DNA of 64,000 nt from Iphione sp. A-MEVVRFRX5 (lineage: Eukaryota), in NCBI GenBank assembly GCA_976226885.1, contig OZ320321.1:26970001-27034000 (forward strand). Direction: 5' to 3'. Shown one piece after another: positions 38,802-49,775 of the stretch (position 1 is its first letter; every line of letters starts with the position of its first letter). The notes under the pieces are model-generated. The model made no database searches. It worked only from the letters and a program-made list of their open reading frames with translations, and was not told where the DNA came from. A program made the translations under genes and the position numbers.

Positions 38802-38824
38802 TGACGTCAGCAAGATGTATATAA
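38802..38824 (+). promoter_or_regulatory. Core promoter of the cystine-knot gene: CRE and TATA box
   Basis: Perfect TGACGTCA at 38802-38809 and TATATAA at 38818-38824, ~90 bp upstream of the ATG at 38912. Confidence 0.65.
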
Positions 38825-38911
38825 CGTGGGGTCCTTGTAGACTGGCTTCAGAAGCTAGTGACAGTCTCTCACTACATTGTTTTCCCTACACTTGCCAGGA
38901 AGCTGATAGAT

Positions 38912-40295
38912 ATGGCTTTTAAAGTTCTACTTGCCCTTTGCCTTGTGGCAACTGTGCTTGGAGGTGAGTTTACTCTTTTACATAATGTAAAAAATAGTGG
39001 AAATCATACTATAGCTTTTAACTCTGTATCTGTATTTTGTCTCCATTTCTGGCCTGTTCATTAGTTAAGGGCAATACCAACCGGAGTATTTTAATGTAAT
39101 TCAACGTGTATATTTCCATCTTTCAGGTGTTGTTGTCCCCCGACGGGTAAGTTCTCTATTACGTGGTTATATTTGTGAATACGTTAAATAAGTCCTCTTG
39201 TACCATCTACCTTCGTCTGTATACCAAAGAAAACGAAAAAGAAACAAAAAAAGATAAAGATAAAGACGCGAATGTAGTCTTAATAACGCTACTATTGTAG
39301 ACAAAACAAATATATACCACATGCCTCAAATTTATTTTTCATAATACCACCAATCAAATGTAAACGTGGTGTCGCAATTATAAACTGTTACATATGTCAT
39401 TGGTAAAAAACAGCATCCCTGTATAACGGGCAATGACAATAAATTCAAATTCAAAATTCAAATATATTCAGGTCTTTAGTATGCTGATTTCCTAAAGATT
39501 TTGCTCTTTTACTTTATCGTTTTATCCAGGAGACCTGCAGAACGGTGGCTTTCCATCGCCGTGTTCATAAGAGAATCCAGCTGGGCCCTGGCTATGCCAA
39601 GACCTGTGTTGGTGTCGTAGTTGACAAGAGATGTGAAGGTTCTTGCAACAACATCTATGGTGGTCTTCTTGGTTATGCTGGTGTAGGTGCCTATGGTGCA
39701 TATGGTCCTGGACTTGGATATGGTCATGGACTTGGATATGCCCATGGACTTGGATATGGAAAAGGAGCCTATGGACTTGGATATGGCCGTGGACTTGGAT
39801 ATGGAAAGGGAGCCTATGGACTTGGATATGGCCGTGGACTTGGATATGGAAAGGGAGCCTATGGTCTTGGATATGGCCGTGGACTTGGATATGGCTATGG
39901 AGCCCACGGACTTGGTCTTGGACATGGTATTTACGGAGGCCTTGGCCCTGTCAACAACCGCTGCTGCAGGGCACATGGTACTACAACGGTTTCTCAGTGG
40001 GTCAAACTTAACTGCGGCAAACATGGAGCGAAAAAGGTCCAACTCACCGTGGACGTTCCAAGACGGTGTGCCTGTAACTATTGGTAAGTGTTTCAAGTGT
40101 TTTAAAAGCAGAAACTACTTCGTTATATTTGCAAAGCTAAAATGGTATTTAAAAACTTTCTTCCATATAAAGCCTGCCATTTTTAGGCAAAATTGCATTA
40201 TTTAAGGCACCAAAGTGGCCTAGACACCTAAAAGTAAGCTGAAAATATTAATTCTTTACCACTTACAAAACCTATTCATTTTCAGCAAAGCCTAA
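38912..40295 (+). CDS. Secreted 10-Cys cystine-knot protein (GPA2/bursicon/CTCK-like framework) with a 105-aa Gly/Tyr-rich GLGY-repeat insert; 211 aa
   Basis: Exons 38912-38963, 39127-39146, 39530-40083 and 40286-40295 all have canonical GT/AG and consistent phases. Signal peptide MAFKVLLALCLVATVLG. Mature Cys pattern C-x22-C-x8-CEGSC-x105-CC-x15-C-x17-CAC-x2-C-KA*. AATAAA at 40432. Confidence 0.9.
39746..39880 (+). repeat. Coding 45-bp x3 tandem repeat (GLGYGKGAYGLGYGR)
   Basis: Three near-identical 45-nt units within exon 3, differing only at synonymous positions. Confidence 0.95.
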
Positions 40296-41965
40296 ATCTT
40301 CTGGGACGTGTGAGGATATTCACGAGACTAACCAATCAACACGGGCATTCACTAACTATGCTTTCGACACCATTATAAACGTGGAGCTCCATGGTGTCAT
40401 CCTATTACCTAAGTGCTTATTCAATGATTTCAATAAAATGATTCAGTGTAAACTATACCTGAAGTCCTTGCTGTTATTTCGCATGACCAACAGATGCTTT
40501 GCAAGCGAAATGCTACTAGTAGTTAGTTGTATTAATGCTGATTATACTGATTTATATTGATCATGGAAATGGTTTTTTTTCATAAAAAAATTTTTCTGTA
40601 AGAATTTTTATTGATCCTGATAAGGATTATGTATTTATCCTGATAATAACATGTATTGATCCTTTATGCTGTAATGATTTTGATAATTTGTAATGGTGAG
40701 AACAAAGTAATCAACTAATCAGGCCATCAAAATCTCACCTTTGAGTCACTAATTTTCATATGTCATCTATAATCATAAGAATACAATAATGGAGTCAGGG
40801 ATGTGAAGATCGGATTGATAAAAGGTTATAAACATCATTTAAATCATCCAAATAGCACACTAATGTCATAACCTGTTAAAATATTGCTTTTAATTACGGA
40901 AAATTGTAAGCGTGGTTATAGGTCAATTTATCTAGTCAGGAATACATGTAAATGAGTCATGACGTGTCACATGACGACTACTCGATAGATCATACTTCTG
41001 TAAATCCCATTATGACCCGGGGTATACAGGGCAAACTTTCTTTCAGACTCAATTGCCAGAATAAATTATTCTGCACATCGTAAGCAAATACAGCAAACAC
41101 CAAGCCAGAGGAGATTTCCCAGACGGAACCGTTCATATTACTCATGAGAGATTCAAATTAAAGTTCAAGTTCTTTATTTATGATCTCCATAAAAAGATAC
41201 AGAGCTTTCCATCATAAATGCCGACTGTTGCAATACAAAAGTGGGTAGATAAATTGTCACATGGCAGCGAATGGCTAAAAGGTAGTTTATAAGACAGTAA
41301 ATGTTAATGTTTTCAATACAAAACCTTTAGATCAGCACATATAGATAAGATAGATATTGCATGGATTGTAAAATATAATAATATATGATAACTGCTGTAC
41401 TGGTTATAACAGACTATGAGATCACAGTCAATGTTCCTCTCAGTGTATCACAGGTCATTTATACGATCACTGTATCCAGAGACAAAAAATAAAAATTCTC
41501 GGGGATTAATGCTACTATAAGTGACTACAGATGTCGTCTAATGTGACTGGATGGAGTGAGATAATAAAATTAGCCAGTCCCAAGCTTGGTCTTCTAAGCA
41601 GGTCTCGACTGTAGTTAACATACTCTCTAAATTTATACAATGCATGTCCAATAGATGTCTTTTCTGTCGCAATTGCTTTGCCATTTTATGTGTTTTAGGG
41701 TTTATATGTAAAATCTGTATATTTATGAAATATATATTTTGATAACTTAAAATTATGATAGGCATGAAAAGAATAGAAACTGACATAGGAGACAAAGCTT
41801 GGGACTGGATGATTTTTGTCTCTGTCAGGGGTTTGTCTCCCCTGTACGTTGATTACTAATGTCAACATTCTGTAGTGACTGGATGATTTTGGTCTCTCGT
41901 TTGCATTGGTCTCCCCTGTAACTTCCTATGAAGCACACAACATTTTATGAATGTTTTATAACGTT

Positions 41966-42152
41966 CAGGCCCGTAGCCAAGGGGGTACCAGGGGTATCAG
42001 CTGATACCCCCCTACAAAGACCTGGAGGTCCACCCAGAGAATGAATGTCCCATAAGAAGTGAGGAAAGTTCAGAAACGTGAGGAAATGTGAGGAAACGTA
42101 TTGATTGATTGCCAGGAGATATCCCTTAGAAAAATTTCGGGCCACGGGCCTG
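41966..42152. mobile_element. MITE with CAGGCCCGTAGCC / GGCCACGGGCCTG TIRs
   Basis: 13-bp TIRs with 1 mismatch. No clear TSD. Confidence 0.6.
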
Positions 42153-42229
42153 ACATTATCATTTGATTAGTACCTTTTAAAAGATTTTAAGAACATTTCG
42201 TCCCAGCCAAGGACACTTAGGTGTGGGAA

Positions 42230-43450
42230 TATCTAGGAACAACAGGAGGACAGCCACTGATGGGTTTAGCACCTGGAGAGGTGGAGACTTCTAGAGCAAC
42301 AGGAGGTTGGCCACGGATGGGGGTAGCACCTGGAAAGGTATGCCGACCTCTAGAGTGATATGAGGTTGACCAAGGTTACAACGTAAAATATGAATGGGAA
42401 TATAAAAGTAGGCTGAAAGAATGGGAACTCGAAACCAAAATTTATTTTCAATTGTATTTACTTTATCATTTAAATTTTTAGGTTACTTTTATTTTATTCA
42501 TTATTTTTTATTACTTTTTTTAAATTTTATTTTAACAGTACATGTAGAAAAGAAAGTTATATGGTTTATGAGAACGATGAAATTGATCTGGCTACAAATA
42601 CTTGATGTATACTTTTCTGCCAGTATGAATAAAGGTTGAAATGAAATGAAGGATGGGGGTAGCACCTGGAGAGGTGTGGGGACCTCTAGAGTAACTCCTG
42701 GAGAGGTGTGAGACCTGTAAGAGCAACAGCAGGCCGGCCAAGGACCGGGGTAAACGAAAACTCATGCTGATGGGTCGACCGATATGAAGTGACGTTCTTG
42801 TCTTAGTATCAGTGATAACCTTATCATTACACAATGTAACGACGGATGGAAACTGGAAAGTTCAACATCAGGTGCAGCAGAAGGCCAACACTGGGGCAGA
42901 GTCCTTAGTCAAACAATAGAGGGGAGCCACAATCCAATATTTTATGGAGTTATTATTTTTTGGTATTCTGGTTCAAACGATTGTTACAGGTACGGTCCCT
43001 TGTCAAATGTAATTTAGAACAGTCCCGTTATAATTATCAACAAAAAAAAACATCTTAAGGTGTTTTGACATTTCCAATTATTAGTGTTTTATTATAGGTG
43101 CCTACATATGCCTGCTAATGCATACTACAAACAGTTATAGAAAGAAGGTTCCAGCTGCTATAAAGGTAAGACCTGGACAATTACAATATGTTCTCTATGG
43201 CAGAGAAAAGCACATACAGGACACGGGAAGTTACCATTGGGAATATCGCCTTGTGTCTATTGGAGTAAATGGTGAGGTCAAGGAATTGACAGAAAGTTAG
43301 GATGTCTTCGAATGACAAATGACCCGTAACCTTGTCATGGATAAAGCATTGGCCCTCAGCTTGGAGTTGAAATTTAAATTTCACCCCGCGGCAGTCGGGT
43401 CACTGTAGCTATTGACTTTGGACGTGTACTGTCTTTCAGGAATAAAGACT
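42230..43450 (-). mobile_element. Second Penelope-like RT fragment with ~60-bp internal repeats
   Basis: KFQLQAEG..TFCQFLDLTIY resembles an RT thumb motif. TAGCACCTGGA(G/A)AGGT is repeated at ~42270, ~42324 and ~42660. Confidence 0.35.
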
Positions 43451-43899
43451 TGAAATTTGCAATACGGACTCGAGTTGTTTCGAGTCTTTCTTTCGTACGG
43501 ATAGATTATTTCCTCAATCGATTTCCTTGTTAAAAGGACTACTTACGTGATGCATGGACACATGTTCTAAGTCACTATACGAATATTCTGCGTTTCCTAG
43601 AAGATCGTTTGGATAACAATTTTTTCTCGGATACCGAGTTATATGTGCAGCCGACTACGATATCCCGATAATTCGTTCATATATCCAACATAGGAATGCG
43701 CACGTTTCGAGACCAGACGGAGCATGGAATGATTAAATGATCACGATTTCAATACACCTCTCCAAAATGTGAATCAGAAAGAATGAGGCCAGATGGCGCT
43801 GCGCCAAGACGTCGTGATATGGTATGATGGTGGATAGGCGCATGCTACTATAGTCGATATGATCATCACCTTTTTCACTTGGGCACGTGCACAGGAACT

Positions 43900-44870
43900 G
43901 CAGACGTGTAGGCTATATCTGTATGTACGGGAGACATACACATAAGTATTAGAGACATGCAAACATGTATGGGAGACATATGGATGTAAGGGAGACGTGC
44001 ATACATGTTCATGAGAAACATCCATGCATGTATAGACGTCATGCATGTTTGAATGGGAGACACATACAGTAAGACCTCACTATTCCAACACTGCATGGTT
44101 CCAAATGATTATGCCTGCAATAGTTAAGGTGGTGGAATAGTGAGGCAGCTGTATTTTAATGGATAAAGCTGAAGAATAGATATATAAATCTAATGAATAG
44201 ACAATATAAAAGTCATGCATGAATGAATGGGCAAACACATGAATTGCAAACATATGAACATTACTTGGGAGACATGTCGCAGCTGAAATGATTCCCCAAA
44301 CTGACAATGCCTATATATCGAACAAAATCTTAAACAACCAAAATTAGCAGTTATGGAGGATTGTACCTAAGTGTATGAGAAAAAGCGTCCATGCATATAT
44401 AGAATTCAGGCATACATGTTTGGGAGAGACATACATATGTAGTGGCTTATATACATGAATTGTAGGCTCACATATATGGATGGTAGACAATACATGAATG
44501 AGAAAACCACATGCTTATTTTGAGGACGCACATACATGCATGGTAGACGCTCACATGGGAATGGTAGACAAACATACATGAATGGGAGACATGCATGCAT
44601 GTATGAAATGCATACCATTGTAAGTGACATGCGAACATGCATCAGACACACACATACACATGTAATGGAGACCTGTTGGGAGTTTAAGGGCAAACATGTA
44701 TGGGAGACATGTACATGAATAGGGCTCATATGGGAGACATACATACCAGTATGGGAGACATGCATCCATGTATGGAAGACACACATACATTAATGGGGGA
44801 GATACATACACATAGGGGAGACACATACCACTAAGGTATACATACATACATACATACATACATACATAAA
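43900..44870. repeat. Degenerate minisatellite of GGGAGAC + (CATA/CATG)n units
   Basis: About 13 GG(G)AGAC cores in purine/pyrimidine-alternating sequence, ending in (TACA)n at ~44836-44866. Confidence 0.7.
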
Positions 44871-47800
44871 TGGGAGGTAGTTGACATGCACATAAGTCTG
44901 CAAATAAATCTGATTTGATTGTTTTCTTATCTCGTAAGTCTGAATAGAAAGATTTCTAGTCTCTGAAGTCTGGCGTCACATTCTTCTTGTCTCCCAGGTC
45001 TTATATCATTGTTTCCTCCTCAGCCACGCCCGAATGTTTTGTTCTTCTCATCTATTAATGATGAATTTTTTATGCTCTCAGTCTGAGCTGCGGGTGTGGC
45101 CAATGATCCTGTATTGTCCTCCTTACAGTACGTTTTCAAGTTTACCACCTGAATAACCCTTTCCAGATCCCTCGATAGAGTACTCTATTAGCCCACTGAA
45201 AGCTAAAATTGTATTGAAATACTCCCATAGTATGAGTTAATAACGTATTGAAGTAGAAATGCAGAGAAAAGGCTTGAAAATGCAAAAATTAGGTAAACAA
45301 ATGTTTGTTTTCAATTTGGAACGTTTGAAGACATCCTAGATTAGCCATGGGAATTGCTAATAGAATATATATATATATATATTGTATGGGTTAAATATGA
45401 ATTTAAAGTTTTTCATATAGCTAAATTAAAGACACCATGGTCGCCTCAAGGGCACTGTTAACTATATACACTATTCAGCGGTTAAGTAAAGATGTGTATC
45501 TATAACTGACGCCTCCTGGGAGCAAAATGGTTTTAAAAACTTTCATACCCTTCTATCAAAGTAACATGCATTACTAGATTAACTTTATTGACGAAGCCTC
45601 TGAGAACAAAGCCTCGTTATGGCGAAGTTTCCGATATTCACAGATTTCAAACCAATCTGCTCGATAAGGAAACGACAATAAGAGTCGGGGAAAGATCATA
45701 AAAAAACATGAGAATTATTGATAAACGAGTGTCTCTGATAGCAAAATGCCCCACAGTGAAGTGATCCCACAAAACATGCCTACTTCGTACAAAGAGCTGC
45801 ACCCGTCTATGCATTTGATTCGATCAACGATACGTCCAAACTTGAGCGATGGATTGTGCTGATTTTATAGAACTGCTGGCATTTTGAATATGCCACAAAG
45901 TGAGTATACACTCGCCCTGATATATGGATTTAATCTCTTAAAGGAACCTGATGGTACGCCGGAATGAACGAACGCTGTGACTGTTAAAGCGAGACGCCGT
46001 TGACCAGATATGGCATGTAGTGATCTTTCGTAATACTATCCATAGCCGGACCACACTATTGTACCCACCTCACCCCTGAGATTTAGGTAAATGCTGACCT
46101 GGGAGATTTCTACATAAGTATGAGTGCATTACACCATGCCCCGTGTATCTTATAATTGCACATTAGAAGTGATCCTAAATATGAGTCCTCCTTTCACTGT
46201 AAACAAGTATAATTCTGCCTCCCTCTTGTAGGGTCGTAGACATTTACTTTTATTAGTTATTATTGTCTCGGGTTGACATTCTCTAATTGCTAAAAAAGCA
46301 TCACTTTTTACCGCATTTCCCTTCCAACAGTGTCTAGATATGTCCTCTCCTCGTGTATCGTCTTCTGTAATTTTTCTTATCGTCAATAGCTGTCTACCTT
46401 TAAAAAAAACTCTGGGTTATGATGCCGGCTTATCATACGCCTTGGGATGTAAATGACTATTTTCCGTTCTCATCGTGCACTGTGTTCTCTGTCTGATGGT
46501 AAAAGAAACGTGTGTAGATGCATATTATTTCACTTGTTGCTGTTTCAGATTGCAGAAGATGCATGAGTTGATATGGATATCATTTTCACTGCCTGATTAT
46601 TAATGAAGCCCGGGATTGTAAAAATGCATGACTTTATATCATGCAGTACATTCTCCATTCTAAAAAAGCATGATTTCCAATGATGTGTTATATATTCTCT
46701 ATAATAATGAAGAAAGATTTCATACTGTGCATTACATCTCCTAAGAGAGCGCCAGCTCACGTTAGATTTCAATTTTACCTTCTGATTAGAACAAAGCATG
46801 AGTATATTTTTCGTATTCCGCTTTCTATTATAAGGGATCGTATTTCATGCCATGTCAAATGTTCATGTTCATGCCATGTTTAAATGAAGCATTATTTCAT
46901 ATCATGTGTTATATTCTCTTTTATAACGAGTGCATTACCGTGCATAACGCTCCCTAAGAGAAGCAGCAGCTCGTGTTGCGTACGCGTCTGCTCCCTAAAA
47001 TAGCATCGTGGACGGAATGCATGAGTCGTGGGAGTCTGGCGCACAAGCCAAAACTGCGTAGGAGGTAGGTTTCGTGCGTGTGTGCGTGTACGTGTGTGTC
47101 TCGTACTTGTGTTACCTCGCATGTGTACAAGCCATGCGGGCTACATGAACAGCCGCTGTGCATTTTTCGTACGTTGGAGCACGAGCCTTTGTGGTTGGAT
47201 GTGTCTGTGTGTGTGTCTGTATGTGTGGCAGTGGACACACACTCAATACGCAAAAGAGAAAGTTCACGCGCACTACGGGGCGGCGCATGCGTCACTCCGT
47301 GCACATGCGCATCTCGACCTTTCCGGGCGTCTACACGAAAGGCCAGCCAAGTGTTTCCAAGATCCGGGGTCCTTCATGGAATCCTCCCATGGTTTATGGT
47401 TCAGGTTGGACCTACATTGGGGACAACTGGGAACCGGAATCAGAACATAATGTTTCATATGTTTCCTTTGATTAATCATCTTAAGGTCAACTGTCGTCTT
47501 CAAAATGTTGTCGACTAATTTATAAGCCTACTTTGGAAGTGTCTCGAACTTCCTTTTCTTCTACATGAGTCATCGCCCCCTCCCTCTTTTTGTGTTGATT
47601 ATGGATGGTTATACAGACCCACTAAAGTAAATATTGACATCGGTAAGTTCCGAGCATGTCCCTGTCGAACCCCATCCCCAATGCGTCCCCCCGTCCAACC
47701 CCCCCCCCACAATCCCCTCTCCCCCGCCCCTCCCAAACATATAACCCTTCACGTACGGAGCTGCTCGGACATAAGGCGAGGTGAAGTTTGATACAAACTC

Positions 47801-48113
47801 TGAGCTGCTTCTACAAGGCCCTCCTACTATCCACCTACCTGTCCTTTCAGCTGTCCGCCCAACTATCTGTCCGCCTGCCTGTATACGTGTCCGTCCACCT
47901 ATTCATTCTCCTGTCAGCCAACCTGTCCTTCTATCTGTCCGTACAGCTGTCTGCCCATCTGTCCATTCTACCAGTTTACCTGTCCTTCTTCCTGTACGCT
48001 TATCGTTCCATTCTCCTTCACGCCCATCCACCCGCTCACCTGCACGCCCACCTGTCTGCCCACCAGTCGGCCTGCCTGCGCGTCTTCCTGTCCGGGACGC
48101 CAGTGTCCTCCAG

Positions 48114-48209
48114 ACCATGACGGCCGCCGCCCTGGAGCCCCCGGAGGAGGTGGACCTCACGCCGCCAGAGGGCACCACGGATGTGGAGGCAGCCGCTGAG
48201 GAGGCACAG
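48114..48209 (+). other. Orphan GC-rich exon-like segment (96 nt; TMTAAALEPPEEVDLTPPEGTTDVEAAAEEAQ)
   Basis: A long pyrimidine-rich upstream tract ends in CAG. The segment is an open phase 0-0 frame with GC3-rich codons, followed by a GT donor at 48210. Confidence 0.4.
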
Positions 48210-48216
48210 GTGGGAA

Positions 48217-48278
<62 letters not shown>
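48217..48278. repeat. Compound microsatellite (GT)n(GA)n
   Basis: Directly visible. Confidence 0.95.
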
Positions 48279-48281
<3 letters not shown>

Positions 48282-49459
48282 AGATTGCGTGTATGTAATT
48301 TGTGGGGGCACATGAGCAAGTAACTTAGATGAATGTATAGAAGTCAATAGTTTTCTCTATGTACGAAATCCATCAAATTACGTGTATTGATTATGTAGTT
48401 TAGTTTTTCATATTATGTGCTAGTGGAAACGATTTTATACATTCTTCTTATAGATGTGCAGGTTAATCAGAATAATACAAGTGTATATAGTCCCTAATCT
48501 GAATGATATTTTATTTATGTTTTGATTGGTTAACCCCTGAGGCCCAGCTGCGCTTTTCGCAATTTGTGTCAGGAAATCTTCATGGTACATGTAATTTACA
48601 TAATTTTTTTGCTCTCTAATCAACCATAGTAATTGGGACCTTTTTTAGAACATCAAGGGTCCACATTGATTACAAAGTATGTTATGAGGCTACAAATGTT
48701 TTCACGGATGATGGAAGGTAAGGACAGTTGAAGTTGGCAGAAAATTATCCAGTTAAATTAGTGGTATTATTCTGGGTTGCCACTGTACAACCAATCCAGC
48801 ATATATATGCTCCTCTGTGCCTGCATATCATACAACTACAACTCACTTTGTGGGCAACTCAACTAGGTGGGGCAGCTTATTTTTTCCAGGTTCCAATTGT
48901 GTATTTTCTATGGTGTATACAACTCGGGTAGGATGGCAACTCAAAGTAAACGGCGAAAATTTCTGGTTCCATTGGGGGTCATAATTCTGAGTTGCTACTG
49001 TATGCTCAGACACAAAGAAGATAATATGTGTGTAGCAGTGCTGTGTGATTACACGGTTTTCGGCTGTCTATGGATATATTGCCTAAGTATGTTATGCTGT
49101 GTGGTAACATATTTGTATAGCTATCCACCAGATTATAATCATTGACTATTGTTTGTGGAATGGTGATTACACTTTACATATAACATTAAAGGCACCTTTT
49201 TGAAGTGTGTACTATTAACAACTGGGTTAATAATAGATTGCTTCTAATAAAACCAAATTTACCTACAAAAATCACTTTTATTAAGTCGGATAAGTGTTGA
49301 AAACAAAAATACAAGCATATATATGGACTGTGAACCTAAAATATCAAATACCAATGACAATTCCAATTCTGTATCATGAAAAACGCCCTGTTTAGGGCGA
49401 TGATCAGAAAAGAATTGTTTTCGATTCATTTCAACTCAATATTTCAAATTTCATTGATT

Positions 49460-49775
49460 CTCTTTCTGCTTCATCCTCTCTCTCCCTCCCTCTCTTCTCG
49501 TCCTTTCTCTTCCTTTCTCTCTCTCCTTCTCTCGATCTGTCTCCCATTCTCTCAGGCACTCAAACAGTTCCCTCCGAGTTGTTTCGATTTCCCGTTCCAC
49601 CCACCTTCTCTCTTTCCGTCCACCTTCTCTGTCATCCCTCGTTTACCTCCTCATTTTCTGTTCATTCTCCTCCCCTCAGGTTTCTTTTCCTCTTTCTTTT
49701 TCTCCATTTCTCTCCTTGTCTTCCGCTGCTCAACTTTTTCTCTTCCTTCTGCTGCTCCCAGTCTTCCTCCGTAAT
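49460..49775 (+). repeat. Polypyrimidine low-complexity tract
   Basis: ~300 bp of mostly C/T. Confidence 0.8.

Noticed and set aside
39509-40205. Antisense 195-aa ORF and the two other sense frames (WTWIW.., MDLDM..) over exon 3
   Set aside because: Byproducts of the stop-free GLGY repeat. Only the Gly/Tyr frame joins the signal peptide and the Cys framework.
43774-44859. Several Met/His/Val/Tyr/Cys-rich ORFs
   Set aside because: Translations of the CATA/CATG minisatellite.
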